From: a virus
Taxonomy: Duplodnaviria > Caudoviricetes
IMG/VR virus record: IMGVR_UViG_3300048631_000217
DNA: 64,000 nt
Direction: 5' to 3' (one strand)
Part shown: positions 10,827 through 18,930 of the stretch, one piece after another
Layout of the letters: each line of letters begins with the position of its first letter
Position numbering within the stretch: the stretch's first letter is position 1
Notes under the pieces: model-generated
What the model saw: the letters and a program-made list of their open reading frames with translations, nothing else
The model's database searches: none
What the model was told of the DNA's origin: nothing
Program-made: the position numbers and the translations under genes

Positions 10827-13427
10827 TTAGAAATCACTCACAACCCCATCATCAATACCGTTTTCTACAAATCCGAAAGGCAGCATGTCCATTTCCAATT
10901 CTTCTTCAGTCTTTTGACGTAGAGTATTTAGAGTGTTGATGTCGGTCATATCCTTGAAGTATTGTTGTGTTGTCATCCAAGAAAACAACACAAGAGTCAT
11001 GACCATATCGTCATGGCAACCGGGTTCGGCTTCGAACGATACGCCTTTCTTGGAAAAGGTCGATAATTCGTTGATTGTAGCAAAATCGTTTACGATCAAT
11101 TGTTCCTGTTCTATCAGGAGTTTCAGCACACTACATCCCACCGATTTTACACTCTTTGTAGTGCGAATGCCTTTGTCAATATTCTTACCATAACCAGAAG
11201 ATATACGCTTCCCGACCCTTCCGGCGTTTTCGGTATAGATAAGGGTTTCGCACTCGAATTCCCAATGAAGTGAGTCCGAAATAGCCTCCCCCATGTCATT
11301 CACTTCCACCAAGATATAGGCGTCGTTATATTGTTTCGAAAGTCGATAGATGACCGAAGAAAAGTCAACAGGTGTAATCAAATTGTCTCGGAATGTGGCA
11401 ACCTGTTTGTAAGGCATTTTCGTGATGTCGATGACCGAGAAAGTCGAATAGTCCAGTCCCTTGCCGCGTCCTACATCAACAATGATCGTATAGACATTAC
11501 CGGGTTCCGGTTTGTTGTAGATCTTCAGTTTATCGTATTCGAATGACGGTTCATTGATGACGAGTTGTTTCAATCGCCAACCGTCAATAAGAGTGCCCGA
11601 AGACCCCATGAACGCGCATTCGAATTCTTGGGCAAACTTTTCTGTATCGAAATCCATGGCGGCTAGTGTAGATTGACGCCACGCCTCATCCCGCCCCGGA
11701 ACCCTGTTCCAAGGAACTTCGATATAGTGATACCCGTTCCACCTATCAGGTTCGGACTCTTTCTTCTGCGCAGATTCACATATCTTGTAGAAGTGATTCA
11801 ATCCTTTCGGGGTAGATGTGAAAAGAACCTTAGTCGTCTTACCAGACGAAATTGTCGGATAGACTGAGGCAAAGAATTCGTCCCAATTTTCAACGAAGGC
11901 CGTCTCATCAATATATACAAGAGAACAAGATTTTCCTCGCACTGCCGAAGATGACGTAGACGCGGCAATGACCTTGCATCCATTTTCCAAGGTGACGGAA
12001 CCTTTGTTCCATTCTACGACACCCTGTTGCAACCATTGCGGAAGGGCTTCGTATGCAATTTGAATGCGGTCAAGGATTTCGCGGGCCGCATCGCCCTTGT
12101 TGGCCAGTAATGCGACCAGCTTGTATTCATTGAAGATGATGTAGTGCAGGATTACGGCAACGGCTGTCGTGGTATTATGGGTCGGAATGTAACTTTTGCT
12201 ACATAGAAAAAGATGCTCTTTATTATCGACCTGTATACACCTTACCGGCACACTTTCTATCGGTTCGATTTCATGTATGTAATAATGGTCATTCTTCACA
12301 TGACCCAGACACGATTCCTGATTACTGGCCTTCCTTTCCAACTTAGCGACAACATGTTTCTTGGTAGAGAACGACAAGGTAAAATATCGCCCATAGCCTG
12401 AAACGTTCTTGTGCCGCTTTCTAACCTTTATGCCCAAAGATGAAAGAATCTGTCGCACAATATCAAGAAGTTTTTCATCTTTCTGATAGAATTCACATCT
12501 TCCTTTCCTATCAACCGAACCGTCAGAATCAATCAATCCCCTGATCAATTCGAGTCTCTGCTTTTTAGAAGCAAATTGATAAGCATCCGGGATATGTTTA
12601 TTGTCTAGAAATCCATTAAGACGCAAAAGTCTGTTAAGGCCGATGACGTTAAAACGTGCAGAATTATGGGTTCTATGATCTCTCTTTGATTTACTTACAT
12701 CGAAACCGCACTCTTTCACATGATCCATAATCTCGTCTACATCCTGTATCGACGTGTATATAATGCCATTGCGACGACAACCATCACCTAACCATAACCC
12801 CAATACATAAGGATGTATCGGCAGGTCTCTTTCTGGATATTCTACACCGTCATGGTTTCTAATTCTGATCGACTGTCCGACAGATTTCGCCTTATCCAGA
12901 ATCGGGATCAATTGTTCGGTCGTCAGATTCGTTTCCTTGCCGGAATTGTGGACATTACTGGACACCTTCCATATATGGTCGGCATCCGCCTTGACAGTTT
13001 CCCCGTTGTCGAATTTGATTGAATACACGTTTCTAGCGTGATATGTTTCGGTAGCGAAAGTGATCTTCGTTGGTTTTCCATCACCGCCGAATATGATATC
13101 ACCGACGATTAATTCGCCCATCGTCTTCCAACCGGACGGGGTAGGGATAGGGGTATCTAACGAAAGGGCTTTTCCGGCTTGCCTTGATGTACATACCGCA
13201 ACCTGCCGCTCATTCGTAATGGCTCGGGTAATGTCTTTCTGATACTCGTACATTTCCATGGGAATAAGCCCATGGTCCACATGCACAATCTGTACGTATT
13301 TCTCTGCGAAATAGATAGGATCTTTGGCGCATTTGATCCATTCCTGAACCTGTTCTTCAGTGAATTCCTGAATCGCCCCTTTCTTTTTCAGATTGGCGTT
13401 GCCGCGATATGTGACGGTATCAGTCAT
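10827..13427 (-). CDS. gp17: Terminase large subunit, intein-containing
   Basis: SRQAGK|TT Walker A split by intein; YIDETAF Walker B; HDDMVM nuclease motif. Confidence 0.96.
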   Translation of the reverse strand: MTDTVTYRGNANLKKKGAIQEFTEEQVQEWIKCAKDPIYFAEKYVQIVHVDHGLIPMEMYEYQKDITRAITNERQVAVCTSRQAGKALSLDTPIPTPSGWKTMGELIVGDIIFGGDGKPTKITFATETYHARNVYSIKFDNGETVKADADHIWKVSSNVHNSGKETNLTTEQLIPILDKAKSVGQSIRIRNHDGVEYPERDLPIHPYVLGLWLGDGCRRNGIIYTSIQDVDEIMDHVKECGFDVSKSKRDHRTHNSARFNVIGLNRLLRLNGFLDNKHIPDAYQFASKKQRLELIRGLIDSDGSVDRKGRCEFYQKDEKLLDIVRQILSSLGIKVRKRHKNVSGYGRYFTLSFSTKKHVVAKLERKASNQESCLGHVKNDHYYIHEIEPIESVPVRCIQVDNKEHLFLCSKSYIPTHNTTTAVAVILHYIIFNEYKLVALLANKGDAAREILDRIQIAYEALPQWLQQGVVEWNKGSVTLENGCKVIAASTSSSAVRGKSCSLVYIDETAFVENWDEFFASVYPTISSGKTTKVLFTSTPKGLNHFYKICESAQKKESEPDRWNGYHYIEVPWNRVPGRDEAWRQSTLAAMDFDTEKFAQEFECAFMGSSGTLIDGWRLKQLVINEPSFEYDKLKIYNKPEPGNVYTIIVDVGRGKGLDYSTFSVIDITKMPYKQVATFRDNLITPVDFSSVIYRLSKQYNDAYILVEVNDMGEAISDSLHWEFECETLIYTENAGRVGKRISSGYGKNIDKGIRTTKSVKSVGCSVLKLLIEQEQLIVNDFATINELSTFSKKGVSFEAEPGCHDDMVMTLVLFSWMTTQQYFKDMTDINTLNTLRQKTEEELEMDMLPFGFVENGIDDGVVSDF
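12174..13169 (-). mobile_element. Class 3 intein (332 aa) with LAGLIDADG homing endonuclease
   Basis: Starts Ala (ALSLDTPIPTPSGW), ends THN before Thr; block B HIW, block F VRCIQV, block G IPTHN; LGLWLGDG and IRGLIDSDG motifs. Confidence 0.92.
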
Positions 13428-13827
13428 CGGAATCCTTGCTATTCTTCAAAGCTTTCTGTAGGTCCGATGTTGACCCTATGAAGAATGTATTGTTTACAGG
13501 TTGTTCTTTGTCGGTTTCGTTCTTTTTCTTGAAACGTTCCTGTTTCTTCATATCAAGGTCTATCAAATCCTTGTTACCATCAAGTATAGTTTTGATAAGA
13601 CCGGCCATTACCTCATAGGCTCTAGGATGCTCCGAAGCCTTCGCGACATCCATAAGATCCTGTAAGGCCGAACCACCTATGGCCAGCGTATCAAGAATGT
13701 TCTGACGTGCTATCCGATAATCGGCCTGCTCATCACCTTCATCCGGTAATACGTCACCGGACAAAGGTTCTTCCCTTTCCGGTTCATACGGCACCATTCC
13801 GAGACTCTTCGATAATTTGTCTTCCAT
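13420..13827 (-). CDS. gp16: Terminase small subunit
   Basis: SEHPRAYEV, NNTFFIGSTSDLQK. Confidence 0.93.
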   Translation of the reverse strand: MEDKLSKSLGMVPYEPEREEPLSGDVLPDEGDEQADYRIARQNILDTLAIGGSALQDLMDVAKASEHPRAYEVMAGLIKTILDGNKDLIDLDMKKQERFKKKNETDKEQPVNNTFFIGSTSDLQKALKNSKDSDD

Positions 13828-13835
13828 TTCTAGAC

Positions 13836-14630
13836 CTATTCAATTTTTACAATGTAATCCCAATCATCCCCAAGCTTGATATCCGTGAATGGAATAGTTT
13901 GTGTGATATCTGTCGTAGGGGTTCCGTTAGCGGTCAATCCGGGTTGAACCGTTACCTTCTCTAGCAGATCTGTCGAAGTCATGGTGCCATATACAGATGT
14001 ATTGGCGAACTTGATGACTTTCTTGTTTGTGACGGGGCCAAAATAGTATCCCTTTAAGGTGAATTGCAGCGTCCATGTCAGAATACGTCTTTCCTCGAAC
14101 GTGCCTTCGTATTGGTCTTCGGATGTGACAGAATTGAGAATGATCGGAACATCCCAATAGATTTCCAAATCGTCTATCAGGCGTACGCTACTTGTCCATT
14201 GCGGCTTGAAGAATGGTAAAATCTGTTCCACGATCTTCAAGGCGTCTTCGGGGTACTTGGCCATGATATTCAATTCTATCTGGATATCATACGGGGCCGG
14301 GTAGAAATGTTTCTTGAAATAGGAAGCATCTATTGCCTGCGCCCTTACATTCTGTAATGATGATTGGGCGCGTGTCCCGTCATATTCCATTGACATGATT
14401 TCGAAAGACATTCTCGGAAGAACGATAGCCGGTGCCTTGAATTCGGGGTCTTGTTTGACCTTGGACAAGAATTTCTGTGCCGGGCCATATGCCAGAGGAA
14501 CCTTGAATTTCTGGATTTCTACGTTGGTGTTGTCGGTTCGGGAAATGCTGATATCATTGAATATCGTCCCGAACATCACCATATATCTACGTGTAGTCTC
14601 GTTATAGAAGTCATATCCGAACATTACCAA
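13836..14630 (-). CDS. gp15: Tail sheath stabiliser/terminator
   Basis: VPLAYGP.QKF, LPRMSFE, IVEQILPFF.P (start may be 14624). Confidence 0.94.
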   Translation of the reverse strand: MVMFGYDFYNETTRRYMVMFGTIFNDISISRTDNTNVEIQKFKVPLAYGPAQKFLSKVKQDPEFKAPAIVLPRMSFEIMSMEYDGTRAQSSLQNVRAQAIDASYFKKHFYPAPYDIQIELNIMAKYPEDALKIVEQILPFFKPQWTSSVRLIDDLEIYWDVPIILNSVTSEDQYEGTFEERRILTWTLQFTLKGYYFGPVTNKKVIKFANTSVYGTMTSTDLLEKVTVQPGLTANGTPTTDITQTIPFTDIKLGDDWDYIVKIE

Positions 14631-15277
14631 CTACCCCCTGCCGAAAATGGATCGGCTTCCGAAAAATCAATGAACGTGTTTGCGGTGTTCTGGATCGTTG
14701 TGTTATCTGCCCATGGGTCAATGTCTTCAATATCCGTGTTGGCCGTCATGTCGTAATCAGCGAACAATGCGTCTATCTCGGCATTACCTGTCTGGAACCT
14801 TTGGTTACTGTATTCCAGCAACTCAACCTTCAAATCGTACATCTGAAGCTTACCGAATTGATAGAAGATTGATTCATGTTCAACGTGCATGATTTCGAAC
14901 ATTTTCCTGTTCAAAGGGAAATAGATCAAATCGCCCTCATCAGGTCTAGGGAGTCCTGTCGGTGTGCCGATAGACTCGTTGAACCGCTTGATGGCTACCG
15001 ATAGTGTCATGGCATCCCGTATCTGGATACCGAATTTGGAAAAAAGGTCGCCTTCGCCCTCGAACGAGTCCACGTTCTTGATGTACATTTCGATAGCATC
15101 CGCTCTTTGGAACAAAGGCAGATCATCGGAGTTCATCAGCTTGTCTTCCGACCCAAGAGTCCGGGGCAGATAGAAAACATCAAGACCGTGTATCTTGATT
15201 GATTCTATGATCAGGTCTTCTATAAGACCTTGTTCGCCAGCATGACCAAGTTGTGTGAAATAGCTGTTTGTTGCCAT
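14624..15277 (-). CDS. gp14: Neck protein
   Basis: ESIKIHG.DVFYLPR, SKFGIQIRD, RPDEGDLIYFP. Confidence 0.94.
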   Translation of the reverse strand: MATNSYFTQLGHAGEQGLIEDLIIESIKIHGLDVFYLPRTLGSEDKLMNSDDLPLFQRADAIEMYIKNVDSFEGEGDLFSKFGIQIRDAMTLSVAIKRFNESIGTPTGLPRPDEGDLIYFPLNRKMFEIMHVEHESIFYQFGKLQMYDLKVELLEYSNQRFQTGNAEIDALFADYDMTANTDIEDIDPWADNTTIQNTANTFIDFSEADPFSAGGSW

Positions 15278-15338
15278 GTTCCTACCATTATTCAGATATT
15301 TCAGTTATTTAGTAGGGGGAATTTTTCGTATTACTCAC

Positions 15339-15392
15339 TTGACAAAGTGTTTGGGAGAACCTATATTCATCATGTAAGCGATAGGAAAGGAA
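15339..15392 (+). promoter_or_regulatory. Early sigma70-type promoter plus conserved leader/RBS
   Basis: TTGACA-17 nt-TATATT then CATGTAAGCGATAGGAAAGGAA. Confidence 0.85.
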
Positions 15393-15398
15393 TCAGAA

Positions 15399-16166
15399 AT
15401 GACCACCATGTTTGACTTTGAAGACGGCAAAGGCCCTGTCCCGGCCCATCAACATCCGAACGGCGGCGGATGGGTCGCGGACACCGCGTATGTGGCCGAA
15501 ACCGCCTATGTCGGGCCGGATGCTCGTGTTTACGGGGATGCTTGGGTTTCCGGGCAGGCTCGTGTTTACGGGCAGGCTCAGGTTTCCGGGCAGGCTCGTG
15601 TTTTCGGGTATGCTCATGTTTTCGGGTATGCTCATGTTTTCGGGCAGGCTCAGGTTTACGGGCAGGCTCGTGTTTACGGGCAGGCTCAGGTTTCCGGGGA
15701 TGCTCAGGTTTTCGGGCAGGCTCAGGTTTCCGGGCAGGCTCGTGTTTCCGGGCAGGCTCGTGTTTACGGGCAGGCTCAGGTTTCCGGGCAGGCTCGTGTT
15801 TTCGGGTATGCTCATGTTTTCGGGTATGCTCATGTTTTCGGGTATGCTCATGTTTCCGGGCAGGCTCGTGTTTACGGGCAGGCTCAGGTTTTCGGGGATG
15901 CTCAGGTTTTCGGGCAGGCTCAGGTTTACGGGGATGCTTGGGTTTCCGGGCAGGCTCGGGTGAAAGGAATGGTGGCCAAGACCCCTATTGTGATCACTGG
16001 ATTTCCGTTCAATGTCACGATTGAGGACGAGTTGATCAACATCGGGTGCAAATCCATGACTCTTGAAGAATGGGAATCTGAGAAGGGTCGCGAGGCTTTT
16101 GATGGAGATTTCTCAAACAAATACGAAAATGCTATGACCGCGATCAAGGCCCTAAAAAACGTCTAA
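15399..16166 (+). CDS. Hexapeptide-repeat (left-handed beta-helix-like) protein, long form, 25 hexads
   Basis: Own promoter/RBS; N-cap PVPAHQHPNGGGWVADTA; A-x-V-[YFS]-G-x repeats; C-terminal TPIVITGFPF...NIGC domain. Confidence 0.88.
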   Translation: MTTMFDFEDGKGPVPAHQHPNGGGWVADTAYVAETAYVGPDARVYGDAWVSGQARVYGQAQVSGQARVFGYAHVFGYAHVFGQAQVYGQARVYGQAQVSGDAQVFGQAQVSGQARVSGQARVYGQAQVSGQARVFGYAHVFGYAHVFGYAHVSGQARVYGQAQVFGDAQVFGQAQVYGDAWVSGQARVKGMVAKTPIVITGFPFNVTIEDELINIGCKSMTLEEWESEKGREAFDGDFSNKYENAMTAIKALKNV

Positions 16167-16171
16167 GACGA

Positions 16172-17485
16172 TCAACGAAAGATAAGGCAACCACTGTCAT
16201 AGACAACATGGTGGCCTAACACGACAGGCGAAGGCGGGGTTTCGGCTATGATAGCGAACCCCGCCTCCTTGTATGTTATGTAATCATCATAACGTCTGTC
16301 GCACCTTATTAATGCGTTGTGGTATTCATCTTTTCTTTTCAAAAATTCGATGATACGAAGGGGCGCGTCAGGTAGAAAATAACCGATTTTCGTAGCATAG
16401 TTGTTTATGACCAACCCATTGTCGTATGACATTCCAACAACATACAAGAGTGTGTTACCCGAAAAAATACCAAAGGCGCGCGTCATTTCCGGTATGTGTA
16501 AATGATTCTCATCAAAGAACCTCTCAGCAACGTTTGTGGGTATCTGAGTAATGTTGCTGATGTCTGGTAGGGGTTTACCGTAATGCAGCGCCTGTTCTAT
16601 CATGCTGATGACGATATCAGGTTTCTCTTCCCCTTCATGTTGATGAAAATGTAGAAGCCTTATACCCAATCTCTCACAAGCCAAAGTCTTGTCCAGATGA
16701 TAATTCTTCCCGACCTTTTCGGCACTATGCCAGTACGTTCCATTAACCTCTACAGCGACCTTGTGTGTTGGGAAATACAGGTCAAGTTCCTTTGGGGGAA
16801 TGATTTTCCGGCTGTTGTGAATCGCCTTCGGAAAACGGTCTTGCAGGAACCGTTCTATAGATGATGTGGCCCGGTTGTTAGGTATAAGCCCTCTTGTCCG
16901 CACCGATACATAATCCCGAGAACACCCAAGAAATTCAGCAAAGTCTTTCGTGGTCCAGCCTAGGCTTACCTTATCCTTGACCCAATCAGTGTCAGACAAT
17001 CTTACGTCAATGCGACCGAAACGTTTTTTCAACCCCTCGCGAAAAACGTTTCGACTTCGATGCGGATCGGTATCAAGTTCCTGTCTTAGTCGATATAGAG
17101 AAACCCCATAACGTTCCGAAAGTTCATTTAAAGTCACCGAACCATCATTCATGTATTCGGCGCGGGCCGTCTCTATGGAATTGGTAAGATCGTGTCTGGC
17201 GGATTCTGCTCTTACCCGGTTTCTCTTCGCATTGGTAGCCGTGTTACGTTGGCCTGTAGCCGTATACGCACACGACTTCCCGCAATACTTCCCGTAGCCT
17301 TTCTTCAATGAAATGAACCTGACCGGCTCATTATTGCATACCTGACATAAGGGGCGTTCAAGGTTATGAGCGGTTCGATACGCCAATTCCTTGTCTGGCA
17401 CATCCCCCGGCAACACGCCCATTTTCCGACCATTGGGCGACTTCCCGTCTCTGAGACACCGGACCACATATTCAAATTTTGTCAA
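16172..17485 (-). CDS. Putative homing endonuclease (Hef-like/Vsr-type PD-(D/E)XK)
   Basis: ELDLYFP...AVEVNGTYWHS...YHLDK...GIRLLH; N-terminal Cys pairs; free-standing between gp13 and gp14. Confidence 0.75.
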   Translation of the reverse strand: MTKFEYVVRCLRDGKSPNGRKMGVLPGDVPDKELAYRTAHNLERPLCQVCNNEPVRFISLKKGYGKYCGKSCAYTATGQRNTATNAKRNRVRAESARHDLTNSIETARAEYMNDGSVTLNELSERYGVSLYRLRQELDTDPHRSRNVFREGLKKRFGRIDVRLSDTDWVKDKVSLGWTTKDFAEFLGCSRDYVSVRTRGLIPNNRATSSIERFLQDRFPKAIHNSRKIIPPKELDLYFPTHKVAVEVNGTYWHSAEKVGKNYHLDKTLACERLGIRLLHFHQHEGEEKPDIVISMIEQALHYGKPLPDISNITQIPTNVAERFFDENHLHIPEMTRAFGIFSGNTLLYVVGMSYDNGLVINNYATKIGYFLPDAPLRIIEFLKRKDEYHNALIRCDRRYDDYITYKEAGFAIIAETPPSPVVLGHHVVYDSGCLIFR

Positions 17486-17487
17486 AG

Positions 17488-18228
17488 CTATCCGATCATG
17501 TTGTGAACCGGAAGACTATAACTGCTAATCATTTCGTCTTCAAGCTGCATTATCTCGTCTCTGGCGTCCGACAGGATTTGTTGGCCATTAAACATTACAC
17601 CGCCGGGCAATTGCATGTTCTCAAATTTGGTCAAATTCGACCCCCATTGATATTTCATTTTGGCAGTTGCGTAATTCTGTAGCCAACGGTCTTTCCAAAC
17701 ATCAACATAGATATTTGGATCAACGATGTTATAGCATTCCGCCACGACATATTGACCTTCGACAACCTTCTTCCAATCCATGTCAATATACAGGCGGTTC
17801 ATATGCCTATTGTATCTCATTGGGGATTGACCTGACAAAATGTCTTCCATCAATTCGATATGCTGTCTGGTCATGACGTAATTCAACATAGAATATGAGG
17901 CAATATCGGTAATGTTGTTTAACATGAATTGGTATTTCGCATTGAACATACCGGAAGCTGTCAAATAGCTACTGATATCAAATATGTTCACAACCCCTAT
18001 AATGCTTTCAGGAATGGTGATATATCCATTTGCGATATCTGTGGCCGTTAGCTGATACTTGAAATAGGTCTTCTCTGTACCGTCGAAATGGTAATCCCAA
18101 TAGTATGACAAAGCTTCGTCAATTCTATCTTCGGCTTGATCATCTGAAATGTTGATATCAATGACAGGTTTGCCTAATTTACGTAGGCACCATTCTTTGA
18201 AATCAAGTCTATTGGTCGGTTGTGGCAT
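17488..18228 (-). CDS. gp13: Neck protein
   Basis: CLRKLGKPVIDINI, DYHFDG, QWGSNL.KF...LPGGV.FNG. Confidence 0.95.
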   Translation of the reverse strand: MPQPTNRLDFKEWCLRKLGKPVIDINISDDQAEDRIDEALSYYWDYHFDGTEKTYFKYQLTATDIANGYITIPESIIGVVNIFDISSYLTASGMFNAKYQFMLNNITDIASYSMLNYVMTRQHIELMEDILSGQSPMRYNRHMNRLYIDMDWKKVVEGQYVVAECYNIVDPNIYVDVWKDRWLQNYATAKMKYQWGSNLTKFENMQLPGGVMFNGQQILSDARDEIMQLEDEMISSYSLPVHNMIG

Positions 18229-18312
18229 TGTTAATTCCTTACCAGAATGCGGGCAGGACCATATACAAGGAAGGGTCCAATGTCAGGATACGTTGGTATA
18301 TGGCACGATAGA

Positions 18313-18528
18313 TCATTTGAAAACTGAATCCTTTCCTTCATCATCTTCCTTTGATTTGACTAGGTGTCCCTTGTCAATCAATTCAAGGAAGTTACCCAAA
18401 CGATACCAATACCATTTATGTTGACCTTTGGCCGCTCTCGATGAAATGGTTTCGTCGGGATCACCAAAGAGGATCGTGTTTGCGAGTTGATCCAATGCTA
18501 TAAGAATGTTCCAGATATATCGTTTCAT
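18313..18528 (-). CDS. Small conserved fibre-associated hypothetical protein
   Basis: NILIALDQLAN..GDPDETISSR motif typical of genes near tail fibres. Confidence 0.7.
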   Translation of the reverse strand: MKRYIWNILIALDQLANTILFGDPDETISSRAAKGQHKWYWYRLGNFLELIDKGHLVKSKEDDEGKDSVFK

Positions 18529-18920
18529 GCTTCTATCGTCATTGCTAATCGGAATAAGTCATCCACTTGGGTTTCGGTCAATCCGATCAATGCCGACAGG
18601 TTGGCAATCGTCGGGCTGTTACGGCGGAACTCGACGGCTTCGGCCCATGCCAGTTTCGACACGGAATCGGCATTGGCCAATGCTGCCTCGACTTGAGGTA
18701 ACAAACCCTGTTGCATCAATGCTGCCTTTGCCTGAAACCGGGAACATACCATTTTGGTGCGTTCCTTGTCAATCGTGTCGGCTTCGTCGCGGATGACAAA
18801 ATCCTTGTCGGACCAACCGGCCCTTACCGGAGTCACGAAATTGCCATTCGGAAGTCTCAGGATAGTATCGTCAGACACATCCATGACATATTCACCAGTT
18901 TTTCGAAACAGTTTAAGCAT
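18525..18920 (-). CDS. Putative tail fibre assembly chaperone
   Basis: SRFQAKAAL...AW.EA.EF.R.SP...QVDDLF; directly after fibre gene. Confidence 0.65.
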   Translation of the reverse strand: MLKLFRKTGEYVMDVSDDTILRLPNGNFVTPVRAGWSDKDFVIRDEADTIDKERTKMVCSRFQAKAALMQQGLLPQVEAALANADSVSKLAWAEAVEFRRNSPTIANLSALIGLTETQVDDLFRLAMTIEA

Positions 18921-18930
18921 ATCCTATCCC

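Noticed and set aside
15393-16024. Long ORFs in alternative frames and strands over the hexapeptide repeats (also at 36788-38423 and 63525-63903)
   Set aside because: The 18-nt consensus rarely creates stops in any frame; only one frame has a promoter, RBS and conserved caps
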